Positions 1 through 9,647 are shown, counted from the stretch's first letter. The stretch: 64,000 bases of DNA from Candidatus Eiseniibacteriota bacterium (GCA_963725865.1 CAVSAC010000017.1:35217-99216), one strand, 5' to 3'. The notes: generated from the letters alone by a model not told the origin. Numbers and translations are program-made.

Positions 1-874
1 GCCAGCCGGGCAGTCCCAGCGACATGCTCAGGATCCTCACGCCCTGGCTCACCGCCCAGTCCATCCCGCCGAGCACGCGCGCGACCACCTCGCCGCCCTC
101 GATCACGATCGCGCTCGCCAGCATCGCGCCGGGAGCGACGCCGACCCGGTTCTTGCCCACCGGCCGCCCCGCGATGGTCGCGGCGGTGTGGGTGCCATGG
201 CCGCGCGACGGCACACCCGCGACCCGGTCGCTGTCGAAGGCCTTCGCGCGGCGCACCTGGCGGCCGAGGTCGTCGAACTCGGCGAACGACGCGATGGCCT
301 TGCGCAGCGTCGGATGCTCCTCGTCGGCGCCGGTGTCGAGGTGCCCCACGGTGACGCCCGCGCCGCTGAGCCCTTCCTTCCAGAGCGCGGGCACGTTCAT
401 GGCCTTGATCCCCCAGCCGATCCCGCTCGCCGGCTTCGAGGTCGCCGTCGCGACCGGGCGGATCAGGCTCCATGGCGGAGCGCCGAGCACGGCGCCCACC
501 TGGGCGTCGCCCCGCAGCGCGTCCAGACCTTTCTGCTCGACCGTCCCCAACATGACCCCGAGGTTCGGGTAGAAGCGCGTCTTGGGCGGCGCCTCCAGGT
601 CGGCCGCCGACCTCCGGGCGTGACCCTGTCGCACCGCCGAGCGTACCGAGCGGCCCGCGTGCGCGGCCATCAGGAGCTGGTTGGTCTGGCTGCGCTCATC
701 GGTCACGAAGCTGCTGTCGAGGGCGGCCAGTGCCGGTCCCGCACTCAAGGCCGAGATCGTCCCCGAGAGGCCGGTGACCGCCGCTCCCGCCGGCGCCTGG
801 GCGCCGGGCTTCAACACCACGATGACCTGTGCCACGCCCCGCGATGCGAGGTCTTGCTCGATCTGCTGGCCCAT
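1..874 (-). CDS. S8 (subtilisin-like) serine peptidase, runs off the window edge; no obvious signal peptide
   Basis: Translated by hand (absent from the ORF track because it has no stop in the window). ATG at 874 with GAGGAG upstream. Open frame MGQQIEQDLASRGVAQVIVVL...GWGIKAMNVPALW...GAGVTVGHLDTG (catalytic Asp)...GHGTHTAATIAG (catalytic His)...GVAPGA...ILSMSLG. Confidence 0.93.
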   Translation of the reverse strand, partial: MGQQIEQDLASRGVAQVIVVLKPGAQAPAGAAVTGLSGTISALSAGPALAALDSSFVTDERSQTNQLLMAAHAGRSVRSAVRQGHARRSAADLEAPPKTRFYPNLGVMLGTVEQKGLDALRGDAQVGAVLGAPPWSLIRPVATATSKPASGIGWGIKAMNVPALWKEGLSGAGVTVGHLDTGADEEHPTLRKAIASFAEFDDLGRQVRRAKAFDSDRVAGVPSRGHGTHTAATIAGRPVGKNRVGVAPGAMLASAIVIEGGEVVARVLGGMDWAVSQGVRILSMSLGLPGW

Positions 875-892
875 GGTTCGCTCCTCGGCAGG

Positions 893-1180
893 CTACGGTC
901 GACGCCGCGGGCGCCTCTCGCGTCCGGCGCGGCGTCCGGGTGGGGCCGACGGCGGATCGTAGCTGTCGGCCTCGTTGGTCCTCAGGATCCGGAACTTCTG
1001 CCCCTTGGGCGAGGTGAACGGGATCACCGCCTCGACGGACTCGGGCGCCGGCAGCCCACGGCGGCGCCGCGCCGTGGACTTCGCCGCGGCCTTCGGCTGG
1101 GGCGCCCGCTGCTTCGCCGCGCCCTTGCGGGTCCCCGGCTGCTTCGCCGCGCCCTTGCGCCTCGACGGTGTCGTGCTCAC
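893..1180 (-). CDS. Small basic hypothetical protein (95 aa) with two RKGAAKQ repeats and an FRILRTNEADSYD motif
   Basis: GTG start with AGGAG RBS. Fits tightly between the co-oriented neighbours (gaps under 20 nt). The motif is shared with the upstream ORF. Confidence 0.7.
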   Translation of the reverse strand: MSTTPSRRKGAAKQPGTRKGAAKQRAPQPKAAAKSTARRRRGLPAPESVEAVIPFTSPKGQKFRILRTNEADSYDPPSAPPGRRAGRERRPRRRP

Positions 1181-1199
1181 CGGACTCCTGCGCCCCGCA

Positions 1200-1979
1200 C
1201 TAGGGGTTGAACTTGATGCTGGTGATGGGATGGACCTCCCACACCGTCGGCATCTTCGCCTTCAGGCTCTGCGGGCCCGGCCGCTGTCCACTGGCATGAC
1301 TCGCGTCCCAGAACAGCGAGCCGGCGACCTCGATCGGGACCGGGGGATCGTAGAAGTCGTAGGTCGTCCCCGGCAGCTGGTCGCCGAAGAACGCCTTGTA
1401 CGCGTCGCGCGCCTTCTTGAGCTTCGCGTAGCTCTTGCTCGACTTGGGCGGCAGTCCGGACAGCTCCATGGTCATGTACACCTCGGTCGCGGCACTCACG
1501 GCCTGGCCGATGATGAGGTGGAAGTCGTTGTCGGCCTCCTTGCTGGCCGCGTAGATGAACGCCTTGAGCTTGACGTTGCGATCCTCCTCGGTCACCCGCT
1601 TCGAGGTCGGCGTCGTGGTGATTTTGGGCTTGTGCTTCTTCATCTTGTCGTGGGAGGGGAGGGTGTCGACGAGGCTCTTGAGGTTCTTGAAGGTCTCGGT
1701 CTTGGCGGTGGCGATCGAGAGCTTGGAGGTCTTGCGGGCCTTGCCCTTGAACGAGTCGCCGACCGGCGCCGCCAGCGCCGCGGTCACGACGGCGGCCGCG
1801 GCCGCTTCATAGGAGTCGATCTCGGTGGTCCTGATCACCCGGAACGTCGGCCCCGCGGCGGCCACGCCGCCGAGCAGCCCGACACTCACCACCGAGGCCG
1901 CGGCCGGCATCCCCTTGCGGTCGAGATCGAGTCCTGCGGTGAGTGCGGCGTTCGCGGCGCGCCTGGGCCTTCGTGCCAT
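1200..1979 (-). CDS. Hypothetical protein (259 aa): basic N-terminus and a conserved-looking C-terminal domain (EADNDFH...FWDASH...WEVHP)
   Basis: AGGAGG RBS before the ATG, strong third-position GC bias, intact ORF. Confidence 0.8.
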   Translation of the reverse strand: MARRPRRAANAALTAGLDLDRKGMPAAASVVSVGLLGGVAAAGPTFRVIRTTEIDSYEAAAAAVVTAALAAPVGDSFKGKARKTSKLSIATAKTETFKNLKSLVDTLPSHDKMKKHKPKITTTPTSKRVTEEDRNVKLKAFIYAASKEADNDFHLIIGQAVSAATEVYMTMELSGLPPKSSKSYAKLKKARDAYKAFFGDQLPGTTYDFYDPPVPIEVAGSLFWDASHASGQRPGPQSLKAKMPTVWEVHPITSIKFNP

Positions 1980-2021
1980 GTCGTCCTCCTGGTTGCGTGT
2001 CGGATCCGGCGTGTGCCGGTC

Positions 2022-2591
2022 CTAGTGCTTCACCCCCAACAGCGTCAGCACGGCCATCACGAAGCAGACCGCGGCACCGAAGCGGATCATCGGGCGCGCC
2101 GGCAGCACGCGGCGCAGCGAGGCCACCAGCAGGGCGGCCACCGTGCCCTTGGTGATCAGCGCCAGCGCCGAGCCCAGCCACACCGCGACCAGATCGCTCG
2201 AGCGCGAGGCCACGAACGCCGTGGCGAGCTGGCCGAGGTCGCCCCATTCGGAGAAGAACACGGTCGCGAACGTCGCGCCGATGCCTCTGCCGCGTGCGGC
2301 CGCCGCCGGCTCCGGCTTGGTCTTCGCGTCCTGGCGCAGCAGCAGGAACCCGCCCCACACCAGCGCGGCGGCGCCGAGGAGCGTCACCACCGCGGACGGA
2401 ACCAGCCGGAGCGTGCCGCCGAACATCACCGCGACACACGACTTGACGAGATAGCCGAGCATGAGGCCGGTGAACACCCAGCCCAGGCGGAACCGCGTCG
2501 CCAGCGCGCCCACCGAGAAGATGGAGCGATCGGCGATCAGCTCGGCGGCCAGGACCGCGGTGTACGCGCGACCCAGTTCAGCGCCGTCCAT
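2022..2591 (-). CDS. TMEM165/GDT1 (UPF0016) family cation (Mn/Ca) transporter
   Basis: Two copies of the E-x-G-D-(K/R)-(S/T)-like motif (AELIADRS and SEWGDLGQ) in a 189-aa multi-TM protein. Confidence 0.8.
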   Translation of the reverse strand: MDGAELGRAYTAVLAAELIADRSIFSVGALATRFRLGWVFTGLMLGYLVKSCVAVMFGGTLRLVPSAVVTLLGAAALVWGGFLLLRQDAKTKPEPAAAARGRGIGATFATVFFSEWGDLGQLATAFVASRSSDLVAVWLGSALALITKGTVAALLVASLRRVLPARPMIRFGAAVCFVMAVLTLLGVKH

Positions 2592-2964
2592 GTGCAGCTC
2601 GCACGCGCGAGTCCCCCGTCGGGGTGACGCTTCGACGATGGCGTAGCGGCCGGATTGCCTACAGGTCGAGTGGTGCTGCTCGAGTGCCGCCCCGGGGACT
2701 ATCGCCCGTGAGCATCAGGGCGAACGCGGGCGAAGCTGAGCGTGTTCCGCGAGAAGTGCCTCGAGAACGATCGCTACGGTACGAACGTGGGGCCCGGGAA
2801 TCAACAGCGATTCTCGCGCCGGCGCCGTGCGCCAGCGGCAGATTCACCTAGGGCGGGGCGCGGCCGGCCCGTATCCTCTTTCCACCCCAGCCCGCGACCC
2901 GCACCCGGTCACCCGACCGGGTCTGCGGGTCGCTTGCGTCACGACCCCCGCAAGGACCCCACCC

Positions 2965-4173
2965 ATGCGCAACCTCTCGAGACTGCTGTGCCTCCTGCTG
3001 TTGGTCACCGTGGCACCCGGCGCCCGCGCCGCCGCCCCGGAGACCATGAGCTACCAGGGCATCCTCACCGACAACGCCGGCACGCCGGTCCCGAACGGCA
3101 CCTACGACCTGACCTTCAGCCTCTACGACGTCGCCGCCGACGGCGCCCCGCTCTGGACCGAGACCCAGACCGCCGTCGCCGTGCAGGCCGGCCTGGTGAG
3201 CGTGCAGCTCGGCTCGGTCGCACCGCTCACCCTGGCCTTCGACGTGCCGTACTTCCTCGGCATCAGCGTCGACGGGGGCGCCGAGATGGCGCCGCGCATC
3301 GCGCTCGCGTCCTCGCCCTACGGACTCAGCCTGCGGCTGCCGTTCACCGGCACCGCCTCGAGCGCCAGCGAGGCGTTTCACATCGTCAACGTCGGCGGTG
3401 GCGCCGCCATCGTGTCGGACCCGCTGCTCGACGCGCGCGGCTCGCTGAGCGTGACCGGCGCGGGCGGCAGCATCCTGCTGCTCGGCGACAACGTCGGCGA
3501 TGCCGCGGTGGCGCTGCCCAACGACGCCGTCTCCTCGCTCGAGACCCTCGACGAGCCCGGCGTGGCCAGCGCCACCTCGGACGCGCTGGTCAGCTGGACC
3601 AGCGGCTACAAGACCCTGCTGTCGCGCACCATCACCGTGCCCACCGATGGCTACGTGCTGGCGATGGCGGCCTGCACGCAGACCGTGTTCCACAACGCCG
3701 GCACCGCCGACGGCGCCGAGTTCGGCGTCTCGCAGGTGCCGACCTCGCTCCCCGCCAACCAGGACCAGGATGTGTCGATCGCGTCGTCGATGCCGTCCAA
3801 CTTCTACACCGCCTCGTACGCTCCGCATGGGCTGTTCCAGGTGACCGCCGGGACCCACACGTTCTACCTCCTCGGCCACTTCCTTTCGGGTGGCGGGGAG
3901 TTCGCCACCAATCTGCAGCTCACGCTCGCGTTCTTCCCGACCGCTTACGGCGTGGTCACGCCCACGGTCGCCCAGACCACCGCCAAGCCCGCTCTGGACC
4001 TCACGCGCGTCGGCCCGGCGTGGGACGTCGACGCCGAGCGCCGCGAAGGCGAGTCGTTCGCGCGCGACCGCGTCGAGCGCGAGCTGCGCGAGCTGCACCA
4101 GCGACTCGCCACGCTCGAGGCCGCGCTGCACGTCCCCACCGCCAAGCGCGCGCCGGCCGCGGGTACGCGATGA
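2965..4173 (+). CDS. Secreted fibre/adhesin-like protein with a C-terminal coiled coil
   Basis: Signal peptide MRNLSRLLCLLLLVTVAPGARA. N-domain PETMSYQGILTD...GTYDLTFSLYD...LWTETQ resembles FCB tail-fibre-like surface proteins. Ends ERELRELHQRLATLEAAL. Confidence 0.75.
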   Translation: MRNLSRLLCLLLLVTVAPGARAAAPETMSYQGILTDNAGTPVPNGTYDLTFSLYDVAADGAPLWTETQTAVAVQAGLVSVQLGSVAPLTLAFDVPYFLGISVDGGAEMAPRIALASSPYGLSLRLPFTGTASSASEAFHIVNVGGGAAIVSDPLLDARGSLSVTGAGGSILLLGDNVGDAAVALPNDAVSSLETLDEPGVASATSDALVSWTSGYKTLLSRTITVPTDGYVLAMAACTQTVFHNAGTADGAEFGVSQVPTSLPANQDQDVSIASSMPSNFYTASYAPHGLFQVTAGTHTFYLLGHFLSGGGEFATNLQLTLAFFPTAYGVVTPTVAQTTAKPALDLTRVGPAWDVDAERREGESFARDRVERELRELHQRLATLEAALHVPTAKRAPAAGTR

Positions 4174-4739
4174 GCGCGGCGGATCCGCGAGCGGCCATGA
4201 AGTCGAGGATGGCCTGGGCCGCCGCCGCGGTCGGAGCCGGCCTGATGCTCGTCGCGGGCAGCGCGGCCGCGTTCCAGTTCCGCTCGGTGGTGATCGGCAA
4301 CGGCGCCACGCCGCCCGGCGGCATCGGCGACGGGACCCGGGCGATGCAGGCCACCGCCGGACAGCCGGTGGTGGGAGTGAGCGCGGGCGCCACCAGCGCG
4401 CTGGTGCACGGCTTCTGGGCGCGCGGCGGCGTGCTGCTGCTGGGCGTGGACGACGGACCGCAGCTGCCGGCGCCGCTGACGCTGGCGTTCGGGGCTCCGC
4501 ATCCCAACCCCACCCGGGCGGGCACCAGCTTCACCATCGCGATCCCGGCCGCCGGCGCGGTGCGGCTGGACGTGTTCGACCTGCAGGGCCGCCCAGTGGA
4601 TCACCTCGTGGACGGGCAGCTTCCCGCGGGAGTGCACTCCATGCGCTGGAGCGCCGCGGTCGCACCCGGCGTCTACCTGGCACGCCTGACCGTGGACGGA
4701 CGACGCGTGGCGGAGCGGCGGATCGTCGTCATCCACTGA
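4170..4739 (+). CDS. Small secreted protein with a FlgD-Ig/T9SS type A-like C-terminal sorting domain
   Basis: ATGA overlap with the upstream stop and a signal peptide. C-terminal motifs PHPNP, VRLDVFDLQGR and PGVYLARL...RRIVVIH. Confidence 0.85.
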   Translation: MSAADPRAAMKSRMAWAAAAVGAGLMLVAGSAAAFQFRSVVIGNGATPPGGIGDGTRAMQATAGQPVVGVSAGATSALVHGFWARGGVLLLGVDDGPQLPAPLTLAFGAPHPNPTRAGTSFTIAIPAAGAVRLDVFDLQGRPVDHLVDGQLPAGVHSMRWSAAVAPGVYLARLTVDGRRVAERRIVVIH

Positions 4740-4744
4740 CGCGG

Positions 4745-4773
4745 GCGGACCCGGGGTGGCCCCTCGGGTCCGC
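4745..4773. terminator. Hairpin between convergent genes
   Basis: GCGGACCCG...CGGGTCCGC inverted repeat between the stops at 4739 and 4780. Confidence 0.55.
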
Positions 4774-4779
4774 GCTGCC

Positions 4780-5916
4780 TCAGCTCACGTCGCTCCAGGT
4801 CGGAAGCGGGTGGCGGATGGTGCCGAGGGCGAAGCTCGCCGACAGCCCGCCGCCGAAGCCGAACAGGCCGAACCGGCGCTGCGGCTGCAGCTCGGCCGGG
4901 TTCAGCGCCAGCGCCAGTGGGATCGAGGCGCTGGTGGTGTTGCCGAAGCGACCGCCCGCGTCGAGCACCCGGCCCTTGAACCCGTGCGCACGCCACATCT
5001 TGATGATCGACGCGTTGAGCGTGAGGTTGGCCTCGTGCAGCGTGACCAGGTCGAGGTCGGCCATGTTCCACTTGGCCTTGGCAAGCGCCGCCTGCACCGC
5101 GGGCCCGCCCGTGAACGGCACCAGCACGTCGCGCACCGCGGCGCCGTCCATCGCCAGCTTGTGCCGGCCCTGGGCCGCCTCCTCCTCCGTGAGCGAGGGC
5201 CGGCGCGATCCCCCCGCGGGCGTGAGGATGATGTCGGCGTGGCCACCGTCGAGCCAGCTCCAGAACTGCGCCGGCGAGAACCAGTCCTCGTCCTCCGGCA
5301 CCGCGACGCACAGCGTGGCCGTGCCCGCGTCGCCCAGCACCGTGGCGAAACTGCGATCGCGCCAGTTGATGGTGGCGCTCATGCGGTCGGCGCCCACCAG
5401 CAGGATGCGCCGCGCCATCCCCGAGCGGATGAGCGAGTAGCACAGCATCAGGGATGTCACCCAGCTGCTGCACGCCAGCGAGACATCGGCGCCCTTGATC
5501 TCGCGCGGCACCGGACCCGACCACACCGGGATGCCCAGGGCGTTCTGGAGCAGCGCCGCATCCGGCGGGCTGTAGAGGTGGGAGGGTGTGACGCTGGCGA
5601 CGATGATCGCGTCGATGCCGCTAGGGCTCTCGCCGGAGCGCTCGAGCAGCTGGCGGGCGGCAGCCGTGGCGAGATCGATGGTGCCCTGACCATCGCACGA
5701 GAAGCGTCGCTCGGTGAAGCCGATGAAGCGCCGCACCCAGCGATCGCTGGTGGTGAAGAGCTTGGCTTCCTCGGGGGTGAGGTCGCGCTGGCCCGCGGCC
5801 TGGGTGCGCATGCGCTCCAGACGCAGCCGGGCGGCCACGCGCGCGTTGCTCCAGACCTGTTCAGGCGCGTGGGCCGAGATACCCGCGAGACGCATGCCGT
5901 GGAGAGCTGAGCTCAA
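4780..5916 (-). CDS. 3-oxoacyl-ACP synthase III (KAS III/FabH-like), stand-alone paralogue
   Basis: Cys-His-Asn triad: LACSS, LHEAN, GNTTSASIP. Also LGDAG and GFGGG motifs. Confidence 0.9.
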   Translation of the reverse strand: MSSALHGMRLAGISAHAPEQVWSNARVAARLRLERMRTQAAGQRDLTPEEAKLFTTSDRWVRRFIGFTERRFSCDGQGTIDLATAAARQLLERSGESPSGIDAIIVASVTPSHLYSPPDAALLQNALGIPVWSGPVPREIKGADVSLACSSWVTSLMLCYSLIRSGMARRILLVGADRMSATINWRDRSFATVLGDAGTATLCVAVPEDEDWFSPAQFWSWLDGGHADIILTPAGGSRRPSLTEEEAAQGRHKLAMDGAAVRDVLVPFTGGPAVQAALAKAKWNMADLDLVTLHEANLTLNASIIKMWRAHGFKGRVLDAGGRFGNTTSASIPLALALNPAELQPQRRFGLFGFGGGLSASFALGTIRHPLPTWSDVS

Positions 5917-6054
5917 GCACGCCCTTCCTGTAGGGGACCCGCTGCTGGGGGTCGTCGGATTCGATGGCAGCCAAGATAGCGCGAGAGGCGGGGGCGGGAC
6001 AACTGGGGAGCCTTCGCAGGGGATAGAAGGCGGAGGCTCACTGGACTATCCACG

Positions 6055-7020
6055 ATGAGCTACCATCCCGATGCCATGCGCGGGGTCATCGTCGTCACGG
6101 ACTACGACTGGTACCAGTTCCTGGCTCGCCAGACTGACCTCGACGAGGTCAACTTCTGGAGGCCCAGCGATACGCGCACGCCGCAGCAACTCAAGGCCGG
6201 GATGCCCGTGGTCTTCAAACTGCGCAAACGCCACGGTGGATGGATCGTCGGATGGGGGCTCTTCGCCAAGCACGACGTGCTTCCCGCCTGGCTGGCGTGG
6301 GACGCGTTCGAAACCAAGAACGGGGCGGCGAGCTTCGCCGAAATGCGTCGGCGCGTGGAACGACTCCGCCGCGACCAGGGGGGCGATACTGCCGACAGCG
6401 GCGACTACTGCATCGGTTGCTTGATGCTCGCCCAGCCGGTGTTCCTGCCTCGAGAAACGTGGATTGCGCCACCCGTCGACTGGCCCGACCACACCGTCCA
6501 GGGCAAGGCGTATGACCTGCAGTCCGGTGAGGGTGCCCGAGTCTGGCGCGAGTGCCTGGACCGCGGCACGACTCGTGAGCGGGCTGCGGATCGCGAGCCC
6601 GTCCCCGCACAACAGGAAGCCCGCTATGGCGATCCGATGCTCGTCAGACCACGGCTCGGGCAGGGGATCTTTCGACTGTCAGTGACGGACGCCTATGGCC
6701 GCGCCTGCGCCGTGACGTCCGAGCATTCCCTCCCTGCGCTCGAGGCTGCGCACATCCGTCCCTATGGCGATGGTGGGGAACACGAGGTCTCGAACGGCTT
6801 GCTGCTCCGAAGCGACATCCACCGACTATTCGACAAGGGGTATGTCGGGGTGACGCCCGATCATCGGTTTGTCGTCAGCACCCGGCTCAGGGATGACTTC
6901 TCGAATGGGCGGAGCTACTACCCGCTTCACGGGAAGGCGATTCGCGTGCCGAACGAGCCCGTGGAGCGGCCGAGTATGGACTTGCTCAAATGGCACCTGG
7001 CTGTGAGGTTCAAGGGATAG
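6055..7020 (+). CDS. HNH endonuclease, putative restriction enzyme (start may be 6076)
   Basis: C-terminal RLGQGIFR...YGRACAVT...LEAAHIRPY...NGLLLRSDIHRLFDKG (HNH_2-like). N-terminal VTDxDW/EVNFWRP domain. Confidence 0.88.
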   Translation: MSYHPDAMRGVIVVTDYDWYQFLARQTDLDEVNFWRPSDTRTPQQLKAGMPVVFKLRKRHGGWIVGWGLFAKHDVLPAWLAWDAFETKNGAASFAEMRRRVERLRRDQGGDTADSGDYCIGCLMLAQPVFLPRETWIAPPVDWPDHTVQGKAYDLQSGEGARVWRECLDRGTTRERAADREPVPAQQEARYGDPMLVRPRLGQGIFRLSVTDAYGRACAVTSEHSLPALEAAHIRPYGDGGEHEVSNGLLLRSDIHRLFDKGYVGVTPDHRFVVSTRLRDDFSNGRSYYPLHGKAIRVPNEPVERPSMDLLKWHLAVRFKG

Positions 7021-7158
7021 TACGGCGCCTCAGTTGCGTTGTGGTGAGAAGCGACCGGCGACAGGACCAGATTCTGAGTCCTTCGCCGGGAGCATCAGGA
7101 GACCGCAGCGTGCAACTCCAGAAGCCGGGAACGCGGCTACACAATCGGGAGGACGCGC

Positions 7159-8042
7159 ATGGCCGATGTCACGCGTCGGAGGAATGGTGAGCTCACCCGC
7201 CAACTGCTGGAATTGCTTCGCGACCACCCGCAGGGCCTTCAGGCCCGCGAGGCTCTCGTGATGCTGGAGAGAGCCCTGACGCTTACGGCGTATGAGCAGG
7301 GTACGTTCGACTCGGGGGACCGTCGGTTCGAGAAGTTGGTGCGCTTCGCAACGGTGACGCTTGTGAAGGCGGGATGGTTGGCCAAGGCCCGTGGCCGCTG
7401 GAGCGTCACCGAGGATGGCCTGCAAGCCGTTGCTCGGTTCAAGGACCCGGAGACCTTCTACCGGGAGGCGCTCCGCCTCTACTCAGCCTGGAGGAATGCG
7501 ACAATCCCTGAGTCACACACTGAGGAGGTGGGAGAGCCCGAGGTCGCCGAGGTCTCGATAACCTACGAGCAGGCGAGGAGCAGGCCTGGAGCCAGATTGA
7601 GCAGCATCTCGTCTCGATGAATCCGTATGAATTCCAGGAGCTCGTAGCCTCGCTTCTTCGTGGTATGGAGTACCACGTCGCCTGGGTAGCGCCCCCCGGC
7701 AAGGACCGTGGCATCGATATCATCGCCTGGGGGGATCCGCTCGGGACCAAGCCTCCGCGGATCAAGGTGCAAGTGAAACGGCTCGGCCAATCCGTGGATG
7801 TCGCGGGCCTACGCTCATTCATGGCTGTGCTCGGCGACGACGATGTGGGCTTGTTCGTGTCGGCGGGTGGGTTCACCAAAGACGCGTGGGATGAAGCTCG
7901 GCTCCAGGAATCGCGGCAGGTCACTTTGGTCGATCTTGAGCGACTGTTCGATCTTTGGGTCGAGCACTACTCCAAGATCGATGAGACCGCCCGACGGAGA
8001 TTGCCGCTCCAGCCCATCTACTTCTTGGCACCCGGAGTGTGA
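7159..8042 (+). CDS. mrr: Mrr-family type IV restriction endonuclease (one frameshift near 7574)
   Basis: N-terminal winged-helix Mrr_N-like part (RFEKLVRFA...KAGWL...RGRWSVTEDG) and catalytic part (FQELVASLL, DRGIDIIA, VQVKR). Adding one base joins them as YEQAEEQAWSQIEQHLVSMNPYEF. Confidence 0.85.
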
Positions 8043-8126
8043 GGGGATAGTCGACGGCCACCGCAGGAATTGGTCGAGAAAGGCGATGCAGTCGCTCGCA
8101 CAGTCCTTGCGACACACCGGCTCCGT

Positions 8127-9210
8127 TCACTGATCGAGCCCGCGGCTACCAGCTTGGCCTTGATTCGAGCAGGTTGCCGCCTTCCGGCCAGCGAGCACCC
8201 TCACCACCGCCCGCTCCGCCGGATGCAGCCCCGGCGGCATCCGCTCCGCCAGCGCCTCCGGCCGCTTCAGCCCGCATCGCACCACGCGACCCGCGCCTGA
8301 ACGCCTCGAGCACCGCGGGGTGCACGTACGACTCGCGGACCACCGCCGGCGTGTTGCCCAGCCACGCGCGGTCACCGCGATCGCGCGCGTGATCGCTGCT
8401 CCTCGCGGCTCTCCACGCGCGACCGCCGCCTCGCCAGCGTCGCAGCTCCGCCGCGCACACCAGCGTCACCGCGCGCACCACGTGCGAAAGTCCTTCGCCG
8501 TGAACCGTGCGCCCATCGCGCGCCTCACGTACGCGTTCAGGTGCGCGGTCCGCAGGTCGCGCACGACGCCGCGCGCGTCGCGGTACTTGAACAGCTCGCG
8601 CCCGGGCATCCTCAGCATCTCGCGCACCAGCCGCGCCAGGCGCGCGCTCGCGCAGGAGCCTGCCCTGCCGCACGCCGTGCTTGCCGCGGAACGTCGGCGC
8701 ACGCCGGCGCCGTTCACCCACACGTGCCGCGGCCGCAGCGTGGCGAGGCCGAACGCGCCGTTCTGGCGCGCGTAGCGCTCGGTCGCCCGGTCGCAGCGCG
8801 GCCACGCCGAGCAGCAGCACGGCGACGGCACACGCCCGCTCCAGCGGCATGCCGGGCCGCGCGAGGTCGCGACGCACGGCCGCGCGAACGTGCGGCAGGG
8901 CCTTCGCGAACGCGAGCAGCCGGTCGAACTTTCGCCGCGCGCGCCGCGCGGTGTGCGCCTCTGCGGTAGAGGTACTGCCAGCGCCCGGCGGCGTCGCGGC
9001 CGACGGCCTGCACCTTGGCACCCGGCCCGCGGGGCGATGGCGACCTCGCGCCACGCGGGCGGCACGCGCAGCCGCGCGATGCGCCGGCGCTCGGCTCCGG
9101 AGACGGCGGCCCCGCGCCCGCGGTAGCGGAATCCCGACGCGCGGCCCGCCGCTCCGGCGGATGCCGGTGGCCTGCAGCCGCTCTCGCAGGGTGGCGTAGG
9201 TTCGCGACAT
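8127..9210 (-). CDS. Bacterial DNA topoisomerase IB (several frameshifts; 3' end approximate)
   Basis: Across frames: VPPAW, QAVGRDAAGRWQYLY, KFDRLLAF, LRPG, FGLATL, FRGKHG, FTAKDFRTW, LGNTPAVVRESYVHP (catalytic Tyr). Confidence 0.88.
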
Positions 9211-9280
9211 GGTTGCACTACGTGAAGCGCCATGCCTGGGATTCACGACCTCGATGCTCGGTTCCCCTTACAAACGCCGA

Positions 9281-9306
9281 GGGCGGCGTCCTTGCGGACG
9301 CCGCCC
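9281..9306 (-). terminator. Probable terminator downstream of csp
   Basis: Perfect 11-bp stem GGGCGGCGTCC/GGACGCCGCCC with a GCAA loop on the minus strand, about 30 nt after the csp stop. Confidence 0.7.
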
Positions 9307-9334
9307 CGTGGCGGGAGGTGGTACTCCAGGCGTG

Positions 9335-9538
9335 CTAGGCCTTGCGGACGTTCGCCGCCTGCAGCCCCTTCGGGCCGCGGGTCACGTCGAACTCCAGCGC
9401 CTCACCCTCGGCGAGCGTCTTGAAACCCTCGCCCGAGATGGCGGAGAAATGGACGAACACGTCTTCGCCACCATCCGCCTGGGTGATGAAGCCAAAGCCC
9501 TTCGCCTCGTTGAACCACTTCACGTTGCCACTAGACAC
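9335..9538 (-). CDS. cspA: Cold-shock protein (CspA family)
   Basis: [15 protein letters not shown] (RNP1), DVFVHFSAI (RNP2), [18 protein letters not shown]. Confidence 0.96.
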   Translation of the reverse strand: MSSGNVKWFNEAKGFGFITQADGGEDVFVHFSAISGEGFKTLAEGEALEFDVTRGPKGLQAANVRKA

Positions 9539-9647
9539 TTGAAACTCCCTTTGAATCCGGGTCCGAAGACCCTCCTTGCCGCGGTATCACGCCGCGGCCG
9601 CGTCCGGTCGCTGTGACCGTCGCTTCGATCGATGGGGATGGCTGCCC

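Noticed and set aside
2592..2960. yybP-ykoY manganese riboswitch upstream of the GDT1-family gene
   Set aside because: Expected from context, but I could not find the conserved core by eye. An Infernal search would be needed.
5920..8200. Mobile element or prophage boundaries around the defence islet
   Set aside because: No integrase, transposase, tRNA or flanking direct repeats were identified.
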